Positions 21,572 through 32,676 of a DNA stretch of 64,000 nt are shown one piece after another. The notes beneath the pieces were generated by a model. It had not been told where the DNA came from. It was given only the letters and a program-made list of their open reading frames with translations, and did no database searches. Positions within the stretch are counted from its first letter, which is position 1. The number at the start of each line of letters is the position of its first letter. The translations under genes and the position numbers were made by a program. The stretch is from NCBI GenBank assembly GCA_963848135.1, contig CAWKCK010000017.1, forward strand, positions 434,001-498,000. Direction: 5' to 3'. This DNA comes from an uncultured delta proteobacterium. Its GTDB lineage: Bacteria; Desulfobacterota; Desulfobacteria; Desulfobacterales; SG8-13.

Positions 21572-24500
21572 ATGAATTTCACTGACCTATTCATCCGCCG
21601 CCCCGTTCTCGCGATGGTGGTGAGCCTCGTCATTATCATCGCAGGCTTGCAGGCGATCCGTTCGCTCAACGTCCGCCAATATCCCCGCAACGATAATGCG
21701 GTGGTTACCGTGACGACCGTCTACGTCGGCGCGAATGCCGAACTCGTGCGCGGGTTCATCACAACACCACTGGAGCGTACCATCGCGGCCGCCGACGGTA
21801 TCGATTACATCCAATCCCAGAGTTCCCAGGGGCTTTCGACGATTAACGTCCGCCTCAAACTAAACTATGACCCCATTAAAGCTCTCTCTGAGATCAGCGC
21901 TAAAGTCGATCAGGTCCGGGGGGATCTTCCCCCTGAGGCCGAAGTGCCCACCATCAACGTCGAGTCGGCCGACAGCCGATTTGCTTCCGCCTATCTGAGT
22001 TTCACATCCGACGATCTCGAACAGAATGAAATCACAGACTACCTTGTCCGCATTGTGCAACCGCGTCTCTCGGCCATCGAAGGCGTGCAGCGCGCCGACA
22101 TTCTCGGTGCCCGAACCTTTGCCATGCGCATATGGCTGAAGCCTGAACGAATGGCCGCATTCAATATCAGCCCGATACAGGTCCGCCAAGCATTGGCCGC
22201 CAACAACTTCCTGGCTGCCGTCGGGCAAACCAAGGGCGCCCTCGTGCAGGTCAATCTGACCGCAAACACCGACCTGCGATCGGTGGAAGAGTTCAAGCGT
22301 CTCGTCATCCGTGAACAAGACGGGGCCATCGTGCGACTCGAAGACATCGGTGACATCGTTCTCGGTGCCGAGGACTATGACACAGAGGTGCGCTTTTCCG
22401 GCCAAACGGCTGTTTTCATGGGTATCTGGCCCCTACCCAACGCCAACTCGGTCGACGTTATCAATCGTGTACGCACAGAAATGGTGTCGATCGAAAGGGG
22501 GCTTCCCAGCGGCTTACAGGCCCGCATCGCCTATGATGCCACCAACTACATCACCAACGCCATCCAAGAAGTGGTCAAAACTCTCAGTGAGACCCTCCTG
22601 ATTGTCATTGTCATCATTTTTTTATTCCTGGGGTCGATCCGATCGGCGTTTATCCCGGTTGTGGCCATCCCACTGTCTCTGATCGGTGCGGCATTCCTTA
22701 TGCAGGTGTTCGGATTTACTATCAATCTGCTAACACTGCTGGCAGTGGTGTTGTCCGTGGGTCTGGTTGTCGACGATGCCATCGTGGTGGTCGAAAATGT
22801 CCAGCGGCATCTGAGCGAAGGAAAACCGCCGTTCGATGCCGCCTTGCTGGGTGCCCGCGAACTGGTCGGCCCCATCATCGCCATGACCATCACGCTGGCA
22901 GCCGTCTATGCGCCCATCGGTCTGCAGGGAGGCCTTACTGGATCACTTTTTCGCGAATTCGCCTTTACTCTGGCCGGGGCCGTCACCATTTCCGGCATCG
23001 TCGCGCTCACCCTCTCACCCATGATGGCATCCAAGCTGCTGAAGCCGGGAATGGAAGACCACGGTTTTGCGGGAAAAATCGCTCGCGGCTTCAAGCGTTT
23101 CAGAAATGTCTACGGCCGCATGCTCGACGTCACCCTGGATTCGCGTCCGGCCGTCTACATGGTCTGGGGCATCGTGAGTCTGCTCACGATACCGATGTTC
23201 ATTATGTCGCCCAAGGAATTGGCGCCGACCGAAGACCAAGGTGTAATTTTCGGAATCCTCGACGCGTCGGCCAACGCCACCCTCGACCAGACCAGCATAT
23301 ACGCTGCAGGAGGTCAACAGAGCCTACCAAAGCGTTCCGGAAACCAACTTCACTTTTCAGATAACCCGCCCGGCCTCAGGAATCGCCGGCATGGTCGTCA
23401 AACCTTGGGATGAGCGCCAACGCACTATTTACCAGATCCTGCCTGAAGTTCAGCAAAAACTGTACGCCATTCCGGGCATTCGTATCTTTCCAGTGCTGCC
23501 GCCGGCACTGCCAGGTGGCGGCCAGTTCCCGGTGGAGTTCATCCTTGCCTCCACGGCCGAGGAAGATCAGATTCTCGAGTTTGCAAAGCAGATTCAGCTC
23601 AAGGCGATGCAAAGCGGTTTGTTTGCCTTTCCGCCGCTGATCGACGTCAAGATCGATCAGCCACAGTCGGAGATCGTTATCGACCGCAACAAGGTCGCCG
23701 ATATCGGCCTCAATCTGGAGCAGGTCGGCGCCGACATTGGATCGATGGTCGGCGGTAATTTCGTCAACCGTTTCGACATTGCCGGACGCAGTTACAAGGT
23801 GATTCCGCAGATTCAGCGAATCGACCGCCTCAACCCGGATCAGCTCAAGAACATTTACGTCACCGGTCCGAACAACCAACTCGTGCCGCTCAGCACCATC
23901 GCCGAGATTCGCAACTCCACTGTACCGCGTTCGTTGAACCGCTTTCAACAGCTCAATGCCGTCTCGATCAGCGGAGTAGCGGTCAGGCCGCTCGACGAAG
24001 CGTTGCGTTTTTTGGAAGACGAAGCCGGAAAAATCTTGCCCAAGGGTTATGTACTCGACTACACCGGTGAATCGCGGCAACTCCGCAGCGAGGGCAACCA
24101 GTTTATCCCGACCTTCGCACTGGCCATCATATTGATTTTTCTGGTCCTCGCGGCCCAGTTCAACAGCTTCCGCGATCCTTTCGTAATCCTGGCCGGTTCG
24201 GTACCCCTGGCCATGTTCGGCGCGTTGGTATTTACGTTTTTAAAAATGCCCGACCCGAATGTACCGTTTTGGACGGCGGGTTGGACCACGACATTGAATA
24301 TCTATTCCCAGGTGGGGCTAGTGACCCTTGTCGGCCTTGTATCCAAAAACGGGATCCTCATCGTCGAGTTTGCCAACACACTCCAAGAGAGAGGGCTCCC
24401 CAAGCTAGAAGCCGTGCGTGAGGCGACTCTGACCCGGCTGCGCCCAATTATCATGACCACTGCAGCCACCATCGCCGGTCACTTTCCGCTGACGCTGGTT

Positions 24501-24692
24501 ACCGGTGCCGGAGCCCAAGCACGTAACTCCATCGGTCTAGTGCTGGTTGGCGGCATGGCCATTGGCACCATCTTCACCCTCTTTGTCATCCCATCAATTT
24601 ATATGCTCGTGGCTCGGGACCACTCAAGTATACCTGCCCGCTCAGGATCGCTGCAATCAGCGCGATTATCCGGTATCGAAGCGCAAAATTAA
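21572..24692 (+). CDS. RND efflux permease (AcrB family, MexW/MexI-like); one extra G at about 23310
   Basis: FIRRPVLA, GLVVDDAIVVVEN, KNGILIVEFA, RLRPIIMT; removing one G gives YAAEVNRAYQSVPE and joins 21572-23413 with 23391-24692. Confidence 0.9.
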
Positions 24693-24737
24693 ACCTGAAC
24701 CATATGCGACGGTATTACGAAATGTCATATTTGCGCT

Positions 24738-25208
24738 TCAGGATCGCAGGGTAGCGGTGAGCCGAAGAGGATTCTGCAACAGCTCCAGGGCCGATAGGAT
24801 GCTTGCGCAAACCACATCGGCCGAAGTTAAGCTGATTGCCGCTGCCCCTTCCGCGAGGATAACGGCGATTCCCAGGGCCGCCTCTTTCAGCATGAGGCAA
24901 TCGTTGCGACCATTGCCAATACAGGCCGTGCGATCGCTGCCGAGCCGCTTAACAAACGCCAATTTTCCCAGGTCCTGGTTGCCGGTAGGCAGCACCGTCA
25001 ACTCACAGGGGATCCCTTCCAACTGCGAACGGGCTTTACCGAAAGTGTCGGCAGTGACCACATGGATCTGCAGCACCCGGGACAAATCTTCGAGACGCTT
25101 TTTTACCCCTTCGATCAAAATGCCGTCAACCGCCAGGGTTCCATTGTGATCCAACACCAGATGCTCAATCCGAAGAACTTTGTATCCCGGTATGTTGACT
25201 TCGATCAT
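24738..25208 (-). CDS. HAD-family soluble P-type ATPase-like protein
   Basis: LVLDHNGTLA, VTADTFG, IGNGRND. Confidence 0.85.
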   Translation of the reverse strand: MIEVNIPGYKVLRIEHLVLDHNGTLAVDGILIEGVKKRLEDLSRVLQIHVVTADTFGKARSQLEGIPCELTVLPTGNQDLGKLAFVKRLGSDRTACIGNGRNDCLMLKEAALGIAVILAEGAAAISLTSADVVCASILSALELLQNPLRLTATLRS

Positions 25209-25262
25209 CCGACCCCTCCTGAATGTCCTGTTGATGAATACAACCGATTGGCGCTTTATGAT

Positions 25263-26429
25263 TCACCGTTTTTCGAGAACCGAACGCATCCGCTCCAGAC
25301 CCTTGTGCAGCAAAATATGCGAACAGCCGAAATTAAGTCGCACGTATCCCGGCCCGCCGAAATCCCGGCCGTCTGAGAGCCCGACTCCCGCCGATTCGAA
25401 GAATGCAACCGGATCTTTGAGGCCGGTTGCTCGCGTATCGATCCAGGATAGATAGGTGGCTTCAACAGGGGTCGTTTCCAACCCTGACATGCGATCGATG
25501 GCGTCAGTTACGATATCTCGACCTCTGCGCAGATATGCAATAAGAGCACTGAGCCATTCACTGCCGTGGCGGTATGCCGCCAAAGTAGCGGTAAACCCCA
25601 AGGCGTTGACCATCGGCACGATCCCACGCATCTCTTCTTTAAAGCGTTTGCGCAACTTCGGGTTGGAAATAACGGCAAACGAACATCCCAGGCCGGGGAT
25701 GTTGTAAGTTTTGCTGGGGGCCATCAGGGTGATCGTGCGCTCGGCGACGTCCCGGGACAACATCGCAAACGGCAGATGCTGCTTGTCCGAATCCAAAATA
25801 AGATCGCAGTGGATTTCGTCGGCACAAATGATAACATCGTGCTTTTCACAGATGGCTGCTAACGCCGTCAACTCATCACGGGTATACACCCGCCCCACCG
25901 GGTTGTGAGGGTTGCAAAGGATGAAAAGGCGTGTGGCAGATCGGATGGACGCATCAAAACGGTCCAGGTCGAATTCCCAGCGGGCCTCGGTGCGTTCAAG
26001 TGGCACGGTTATCAGGCGGCGCCGTGAATATCCGGGAGCTTTTAAAAAAGGCGGGTAGACGGGAACGGCGGTAATGACCTCGTCATGATCATCTCCAATC
26101 GACCGACAGACAATGTTGAGACCTGTGACAAGGCCCGGAATCCAGACGATCCACTCCTCGTTGACTTTCCAACCATACCGCGCATCCAGCAGCGATTGGA
26201 TTTCCTCATTCAGCGACTGTGGCACGCTGGGATATCCGTATACCCCGTGGGCGACATGTTGTGAGAGGGCATCGATAACGGACGACGGAGAGCGGAAATC
26301 CATATCGGCCACCCACAGGGGAATGACGTCCCTACCCCTATACTTGTCCCATTTCATGCTGGCCGTATTCCGACGGTCGACCGGCGTATCGAAGTCCACT
26401 TCCATTCCTTTCCCTGGCATGTTATCCAT
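25263..26429 (-). CDS. PLP-dependent C-S lyase, MalY/PatB family
   Basis: LWVADMDF, CNPHNPVGRV, DEIHCD, APSKTYNIPG, RLNFGC. Confidence 0.92.
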   Translation of the reverse strand: MDNMPGKGMEVDFDTPVDRRNTASMKWDKYRGRDVIPLWVADMDFRSPSSVIDALSQHVAHGVYGYPSVPQSLNEEIQSLLDARYGWKVNEEWIVWIPGLVTGLNIVCRSIGDDHDEVITAVPVYPPFLKAPGYSRRRLITVPLERTEARWEFDLDRFDASIRSATRLFILCNPHNPVGRVYTRDELTALAAICEKHDVIICADEIHCDLILDSDKQHLPFAMLSRDVAERTITLMAPSKTYNIPGLGCSFAVISNPKLRKRFKEEMRGIVPMVNALGFTATLAAYRHGSEWLSALIAYLRRGRDIVTDAIDRMSGLETTPVEATYLSWIDTRATGLKDPVAFFESAGVGLSDGRDFGGPGYVRLNFGCSHILLHKGLERMRSVLEKR

Positions 26430-26447
26430 GTCGCGACTGCGAACCCA

Positions 26448-27368
26448 TTACTTATCGTCAATCCTGACGCAATCTCTTCCGGCATTCTTGCAGCGGTACA
26501 TCAGTTCATCCGCCCGCTTGATAAGGGAATGCGTGCTCTCGTGACTGCGGCACAGCGTTGCCCCTATCGACACGGTAACCCGGATGGCACCCGCTGGCTG
26601 GTTTAGTATCGATTTACGAATAAACACCCGGTACCGATCGGCAATCTCCTTCAGTTCATCGAGATCGACATTGGCTATAATGGCAAGAAATTCTTCTCCG
26701 CCCCACCGTCCCACGATGTCAAACGGACGATTGTTGTGGGAAAGGGTCTTGGCCACCATTTTCAGAATATCGTCTCCCACCATATGACCGAAACGGTCGT
26801 TGACATCTTTAAAATGATCGATGTCTATAAAGAGCACACCGAAAGGCCATCGAAAACGGCGAAACTCCTCGCGGCGCGATTTCAGGTAAATTTCCATGGA
26901 GCGCCGATTCGCCAGTTTTGTAAGGGGGTCGATAAGGGATTGTTTCTGAAGTTCTTCTATCCGCTTTTTCAGTTTTATTTTCGAAAGATTGTCCGAAAAG
27001 ATCTGTACTGCGCCGACCACCTGACCATTCGTATCGATAATGGGAGAAACTCGCACCGAAACCGGTACCCGGTGCCCTTCCTTGTGACGCAGGAGGGCCT
27101 CGCTTTCCCCCCCGCAACGGCCACTCATCGACTGGTCTACCGGACACGCGAGGTCGCACAGGCTGTGTCCCCCGTCGTTCATATGCACGAGGATGTCATC
27201 GGAGCACTTGCGCCCGACGACTTCAGCTTTGGAATAACCGGTCAGGCGTTCGGCACCCTCATTCCAAAGGACAATCGTCCGGTTACGATCGAGGGTGTAG
27301 ACACCGTCGTATAGATTGTCCAGCAATTTTCTGTAAAATTCTATGGTTTCTTCCACAGCGAATTGCAC
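26448..27368 (-). CDS. PAS-domain diguanylate cyclase
   Basis: PAS (WNEGAERLTGY); DIDHFKDVND; I-site RPFD; GGEEF. Confidence 0.93.
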   Translation of the reverse strand: MQFAVEETIEFYRKLLDNLYDGVYTLDRNRTIVLWNEGAERLTGYSKAEVVGRKCSDDILVHMNDGGHSLCDLACPVDQSMSGRCGGESEALLRHKEGHRVPVSVRVSPIIDTNGQVVGAVQIFSDNLSKIKLKKRIEELQKQSLIDPLTKLANRRSMEIYLKSRREEFRRFRWPFGVLFIDIDHFKDVNDRFGHMVGDDILKMVAKTLSHNNRPFDIVGRWGGEEFLAIIANVDLDELKEIADRYRVFIRKSILNQPAGAIRVTVSIGATLCRSHESTHSLIKRADELMYRCKNAGRDCVRIDDK

Positions 27369-27478
27369 CTTTTACCCTCGGCCCTGAATTCAATAATCAT
27401 CACCGCAGGTATGTGTTAAGCCCTGTAACGGTCAAACTTTGGAACTCTCCACAGCAAAGCTGGGGGGTCCCCCGGTGA

Positions 27479-29017
27479 TTATTGCCTGAACGTGAAATAT
27501 CGATCAAAAATGTCCGGATCCGTGAAATGGGCCCGTCCGACAATATGAACGGCATGATGACCGCGCTGACGCATATAACCGATATGGGGAATTCCCATGG
27601 AAAATAATAGGAAGGGCTCGACTCGCCAGGAGTTCTTCATGATTCCCTCGGAATCGAAAACGCTTTCCGCCTGCCCGTCCGAATGTGGCAATGATTCCAG
27701 CAGATCATAAGGCACCAGCCGGTAAGTTGCGGATCCGGGCGGTGCCTCACCGGCGTATAAATGCTCTACCTGATGCCACCCCGAATTAACTCTGAGGGTC
27801 AACCGCCTTTGCGGGTATACATCTGCCAGCCAAGTCGCCACAAACGGATACAGCGCGTGGGACGATGGTTTCTTGATTGTCACCATCCCCTTCAGGGGCG
27901 CATAAAAATGGTAGCACCCACAATTGTTCATGATATCAACCATGACGGGTCGACCTGTCGGATTCAAGCTGACCCGGACCGTGATACCGTCGAGCGGTCC
28001 TTTTTCGTATCCGGGTGATTTTTTTCCACTTCTTTCTGAATACCAGAAGGCATAGTTGATTTGGACAACAGGGCTTTGATTTATGAATGAATACGTTACG
28101 TAGTAGTAAACACTGGCCTGCTGCGGGTTGATAACCACCCGGCTTTTTTGCCATTCGACTTCCCCGAACCGGTCATAAGCGGCGACGACATCCTGGGTGA
28201 TAACCGGTGCAAACGCATGGGCCAGTGAAAAAATTTCCTTGTCTTTCAGATTGGGCACACCGATCGCATTGTTCCCGGAAGGGCTGAAAATCCGTACCAA
28301 TTCGCTGTCTGTGAGGGTGTTGCCGGCTTCCGGCCCAAAAATGATTAACTTTCCTTCAACAGATAGATCTTCCAGTGAAGTCTGGTGCCATTTGCTAAAC
28401 TTTCGATTGGCGTTCCGCGTCGCGATAGTGACCGGTAAAACGGTAAAAGGGTACAGGCCGAAGACACGCATGGCGGAAGAGTATTCATCTGGAACATTAA
28501 CGGTGTTTTTTAGTCTTTCGAAAAATTGTGGGTGAGACCGATCGTAGGCTTGGAGTCGGACTGCAGAATCAAACATTTCTTCGATCATGGCTGTGCGATC
28601 AGGATTCACACCCATTCGCTCGGCCAGTTTACGAAAGGACGCATCCGGAAGGTTTATGATTTCTTTTTTTCTTGCCTCGCGCCCCAAGCGGTGCATCTCT
28701 GCCAACCAGGCTTCGGCCTCGCTTTCAGTATTGACCCGGTCTTTCATAGCTGCCAGGAAACGGGTTGTCCGCAGATAGGGGAACCCCTCGACCGCGAAAG
28801 TCGAGACCTCTAGCACACTGCTGGCAGTCACGGCAGCGTCGAGTTCTTCGAAAAACCTTACCTCTTGGAGAGGTCTTCTCTGATCGATATCCTTACCTTG
28901 TGGGTCGATGCCGGAGCAACCCTGCCAGATAAATGCAAATACGATGATTACCCGAAAGACACGATCGAGACCTTTACGCATATTATTGATACAACGCGGT
29001 GTGTCGTCTTTTGTCAT
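27479..29017 (-). CDS. Hypothetical lipoprotein (512 aa)
   Basis: Hydrophobic signal then WQGC; NNCGCYH, GWHQV and RGHHA motifs. Confidence 0.75.
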   Translation of the reverse strand: MTKDDTPRCINNMRKGLDRVFRVIIVFAFIWQGCSGIDPQGKDIDQRRPLQEVRFFEELDAAVTASSVLEVSTFAVEGFPYLRTTRFLAAMKDRVNTESEAEAWLAEMHRLGREARKKEIINLPDASFRKLAERMGVNPDRTAMIEEMFDSAVRLQAYDRSHPQFFERLKNTVNVPDEYSSAMRVFGLYPFTVLPVTIATRNANRKFSKWHQTSLEDLSVEGKLIIFGPEAGNTLTDSELVRIFSPSGNNAIGVPNLKDKEIFSLAHAFAPVITQDVVAAYDRFGEVEWQKSRVVINPQQASVYYYVTYSFINQSPVVQINYAFWYSERSGKKSPGYEKGPLDGITVRVSLNPTGRPVMVDIMNNCGCYHFYAPLKGMVTIKKPSSHALYPFVATWLADVYPQRRLTLRVNSGWHQVEHLYAGEAPPGSATYRLVPYDLLESLPHSDGQAESVFDSEGIMKNSWRVEPFLLFSMGIPHIGYMRQRGHHAVHIVGRAHFTDPDIFDRYFTFRQ

Positions 29018-29123
29018 GTAAGGTACCCTGTAGTTCGGCGGTGAGACATCTATGGTTTAGGCCCCCGAGATTACCATTGGTTGAATTTCCGGTAAAGATC
29101 TCCCTGCCGGTCACCAGATCCCT

Positions 29124-29681
29124 TTATTTGTCCACCCGCTTTCCGAAACTGTCTTGCGCGGGAATTGCTGGTGTTCCCTGGGAAAGAAATCGCCGGAGCA
29201 CATAGAGTCCGTCGGGCGTATACGAAACTTGGCGGCAGTGTTCAAGGATATCCGGGATGGGATAAAACGCTCCACTTTCCACTTCTTCCTCTTGCAGCTC
29301 AATCTCGCCGTCATGAACACAAGTGAAAACCCGACCCCAGACACGGTTTCCGGCATCTTTGTGGTAAAAATCGAAATGCGCTATGAGCGGCACACCGTGA
29401 ACGCCAAGTTCCTCGCCAAGTTCGCGCGCGGCAGCCGTTTCGTAAGATTCTCCGGACAGAACGACCCCACCCGTGGCGACATCCGAATATCCCGGGTAGA
29501 TATCTTTGGTCCGGGTCCGTTTCTGAACGAACAGGTGGCCTTTGGAATTGAAAACCAATATGTAGGTGGCACGATGGGGCAAACCGCCGGCCCGCATTTG
29601 GGATCGCAATGCAGAACCAACCACGTTGTTTTCCTCATCGACGATTGTAACGACTTCTTCGCTGATCATTGGGACAGTCAT
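29124..29681 (-). CDS. NUDIX hydrolase, YfcD/IPP-isomerase-like
   Basis: HRATYILVFN, QKRT..KD.YPG, Nudix box GGVVLSGESYETAAARELGEELGV. Confidence 0.9.
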   Translation of the reverse strand: MTVPMISEEVVTIVDEENNVVGSALRSQMRAGGLPHRATYILVFNSKGHLFVQKRTRTKDIYPGYSDVATGGVVLSGESYETAAARELGEELGVHGVPLIAHFDFYHKDAGNRVWGRVFTCVHDGEIELQEEEVESGAFYPIPDILEHCRQVSYTPDGLYVLRRFLSQGTPAIPAQDSFGKRVDK

Positions 29682-29682
29682 G

Positions 29683-30186
29683 TTAATCACCGCAACCCTT
29701 TGTTTCTGGTGTCAGGACGAGTTCCATAAAGGTGGCGCCATCGATCGGGTTATAACGGTAGGGTTCAATTTTCACGAATCCAACGGAGGTATAGAGACGA
29801 TTGGCGGCTTTCATTGCCGGTACCGTATCCAGCCGCATCTTCTCGTAGCCGATCTGGCGGGCCGCCCTGACGATGCCTTCTACGAGAATCCGCCCGACGC
29901 CGGTCCCACGCAGAGACGGTACGGTGTACAACCGTTTCATTTCGCATATACCGTTATCCAGTCGCCGGAGCGCGGCGCACCCGACCGGCTCCGTATTCGA
30001 CACGGCAATGATCAGGCATCCTCCGGGGGGCGCATATTCTCCGGGAAGCCGTCGCAGTTCTTCATCGAAGTTCTGAAAATCCAAATCGAAGTCGAGAGAG
30101 CCCGCGTACTGCTTAAAAAGCTGCCTGGCCATATCGAGATCCTGCAGCGATCCCGGCCGTAACAGCTTCAGTTCGACGTCAGCCAT
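29683..30186 (-). CDS. GNAT N-acetyltransferase
   Basis: CEMKRLY..RGTGVGR, RLDT..A..LY..GF. Confidence 0.92.
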   Translation of the reverse strand: MADVELKLLRPGSLQDLDMARQLFKQYAGSLDFDLDFQNFDEELRRLPGEYAPPGGCLIIAVSNTEPVGCAALRRLDNGICEMKRLYTVPSLRGTGVGRILVEGIVRAARQIGYEKMRLDTVPAMKAANRLYTSVGFVKIEPYRYNPIDGATFMELVLTPETKGCGD

Positions 30187-30193
30187 TCCGCGT

Positions 30194-30688
30194 TTATTCC
30201 CTCACTTCAAAGCGGTTCAACTCTCTGTTTTTTCTCGTTTGGTCAGGATCAAAGATCGTGCCGTTCATTGCAATATAGACGCCGACAGGCAGCAGTTGGA
30301 CGGCGGTGAAGGCACTGGCGATGTTAAACACGGCATCGGTGAACCGAAATTTGGCCGGCTGCATGGCACCGGTCAAAACGATTGTCTTGCCCGTGATCTG
30401 TTTTAACATTATTGCCGTGGTTATCATCGTATCCGTACCGTGGGTGACGATAATCCGGCTCTGAGGACATGAATCTACGGCCTGACAGATCATGCCACGA
30501 TCGGCGTCGGTCAGGTCCAAACTGTCTTTACGCAGAAGCGAAGTGATCTCATAGCTCCGGGTGACATTGGCCTCGATCAGTAAGTTACCGATCTGGGGTT
30601 CACCCACCTGAAATTCGCTGCGATCATCAAAATAGATTTTATCGATCGTCCCACCAGTCGTGAAGATCTTGATCAGTTCGTTTAACAT
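30194..30688 (-). CDS. Asparaginase N-terminal-domain protein
   Basis: TTGGTID, VTHGTDTM, LTGAMQP; lacks the C-terminal domain. Confidence 0.88.
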   Translation of the reverse strand: MLNELIKIFTTGGTIDKIYFDDRSEFQVGEPQIGNLLIEANVTRSYEITSLLRKDSLDLTDADRGMICQAVDSCPQSRIIVTHGTDTMITTAIMLKQITGKTIVLTGAMQPAKFRFTDAVFNIASAFTAVQLLPVGVYIAMNGTIFDPDQTRKNRELNRFEVRE

Positions 30689-30786
30689 AATTCCGCTCCG
30701 TGCATAATCAAACACCGGCAGCTTACCGTAGGGTTGGGAATTGTCAAGATCAGACCCCTTACCCCGTCAAAGGAACGGACCGAAGG

Positions 30787-31455
30787 TCAGATTTTAAAAA
30801 GTGGCAGTGGATTCGGACACAGATCGATGACCGACGCCAGGTCATTCTTCGAACAGTATCCTTTGTGAAGAAACCCGGCCGCCAAGCCTTGTCTGGTAAT
30901 AATCTGCAAATGGGTATGATAATACCAGTTTCCGTTCTGGTGAAAGTCGCCAACCCGTGCGAAGGGGTCTCCTGACTTGAGCAGAGTAGCGACCGGCGCC
31001 TGTGAATCCGGGTTCAAGTGCCCGTATAAACTGTAGAACGTCTCGAATGCGGGATGGATGTGCTCCAAAAGCATGTAGCCGCCGTAATTTCCTTTTCCGT
31101 CTTCATAGCCGGATACGCGAACCACGGCATCCAACGGTGCGTGCAGTATGGTGTTCCATGGAACCAGAATATCTATCCCCAGGTGATAGAAGCGCTTTTC
31201 TCGAACCATCTGAGGGAAATCTCGCAGTAACGTCTCGCGACGTTCGAGATAACCGCCCAGACCCCATGAAAAATTAGGGCTCATTTTCTTCTCAAGGAAG
31301 ATCTGGCCCCCCCTTTGATCGCGGACATTAACTTTACCTAAAAAGGGGTTGTCATCTGAAAGATCAATCGGAAACGGGTCATTTTTCAAATTCTTGAACA
31401 GCTGTGAGTGCCGGATGTGGCGCAGGTAAAGGGCATAAGGATAATGGAGGCGCAT
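30787..31455 (-). CDS. Peptidase M23 family protein
   Basis: HLGID (HxxxD), YGG, SLYGHL, HTH (HxH). Confidence 0.85.
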   Translation of the reverse strand: MRLHYPYALYLRHIRHSQLFKNLKNDPFPIDLSDDNPFLGKVNVRDQRGGQIFLEKKMSPNFSWGLGGYLERRETLLRDFPQMVREKRFYHLGIDILVPWNTILHAPLDAVVRVSGYEDGKGNYGGYMLLEHIHPAFETFYSLYGHLNPDSQAPVATLLKSGDPFARVGDFHQNGNWYYHTHLQIITRQGLAAGFLHKGYCSKNDLASVIDLCPNPLPLFKI

Positions 31456-31475
31456 AGATACCTCGATGTCGACCT

Positions 31476-32444
31476 TCAGGTTCTCAGTATCCGGGTCATG
31501 GTGGGTCCATCGATGTTTCCGCCGCTGAGGATCACTCCGATCTTACCCCGTGGCGTCACCCGACCACTGATAAGGGCCGCCACCCCGAGAGCGCCGGAGG
31601 GTTCCACGACCAGCTTCAGGCGGTAAAAAAGAAACCTGACGGCCGCTACAATGGCTGTCTCTGGCACGGTCTGCATATCGTCCACATACTTGCGTATCAA
31701 AGGGAAAGTCAGTTGGCCCAGTGACGGTGTGCGTGTGCCGTCGGCAATGGTTGAGGGGTTGTGCACCGTGTGCAGCTTGCCGGTTTTGAAAGAGCGGGTC
31801 GCATCATCGGCCAGTTCCGGTTCGATACCAATCACCCGGCAATCGGGAACCAGGCCTTTTGCGGCAGCGGCAGCTCCGCTCAGAAGGCCACCACCTCCGC
31901 ACGGGACCAGGAGCATCTCAATATCCCTTTTCTCCTCCATCAGTTCAAGAGCGGCCGTCCCCTGCCCGGCAATGACATCGTAATGATCAAAGGGCGGAAT
32001 CATAACCGAGCCCTGTTCCATCTGGATCCGGCGTGCCAGTTCCTCGCGTGAATTTGACCGGGGATCATAATCGATCACTCTGGCACCGTATGCTTCGGTC
32101 GCTTCACGTTTGATTCGCGGTGCATCGGCCGGCATGACCACTGTGGTGTTCACTCCGGTGAGACGGCCCACGAGGGCGACTGCCTGGGCGTGATTACCGG
32201 AAGAAAATGTGATTACCCCCCTGGCTTTCTCGGCATCTGACAGCCGAGAGATGGCGTTGAAGGCTCCGCGGAACTTGAAAGCCCCCATTCGTTGAAAGTT
32301 CTCACATTTTAAAAAAACCGCCGCCCCGGCCATACGGTCGAGTGTGCTGGAAGTCATCACCGGGGTAACGTTCGCTATTCCGTCAAGCCGATCATTGGCA
32401 GTCTTGATCTCATCAAAAATGTCGGTGGGGTCGTTGTCGCTCAA
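31476..32444 (-). CDS. PLP-dependent threonine/serine dehydratase family (threo-3-hydroxyaspartate ammonia-lyase-like)
   Basis: KCENFQRMGAFKFRGA, SSGNHAQ, PCGGGGL, EPSGA, SGGN. Confidence 0.92.
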   Translation of the reverse strand: MSDNDPTDIFDEIKTANDRLDGIANVTPVMTSSTLDRMAGAAVFLKCENFQRMGAFKFRGAFNAISRLSDAEKARGVITFSSGNHAQAVALVGRLTGVNTTVVMPADAPRIKREATEAYGARVIDYDPRSNSREELARRIQMEQGSVMIPPFDHYDVIAGQGTAALELMEEKRDIEMLLVPCGGGGLLSGAAAAAKGLVPDCRVIGIEPELADDATRSFKTGKLHTVHNPSTIADGTRTPSLGQLTFPLIRKYVDDMQTVPETAIVAAVRFLFYRLKLVVEPSGALGVAALISGRVTPRGKIGVILSGGNIDGPTMTRILRT

Positions 32445-32676
32445 TTGTCAGACTCCTTTCGGAGCAGATTTATATTGAATTTGCTCAAAAAATCAAACTA
32501 TAAATTATATTTGGCCATATCGACGCTTGCATCGGTGCGGAATCGTGAACAGATTATTTGTGGCTTATGGAATACAGATTCGGACTTTTAGAAGTGATGG
32601 GTATGCGGTCGCCTTCATCCGGTTTCCCGTGTGGTTTTCGGCTGAACGGGGACCTGTCGATTTGAAGGGGAGTTTA

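Noticed and set aside
20740..23320. Programmed ribosomal frameshifting in the RND operon
   Set aside because: No slippery heptamer or stimulatory structure at either site; single-base insertion errors explain both
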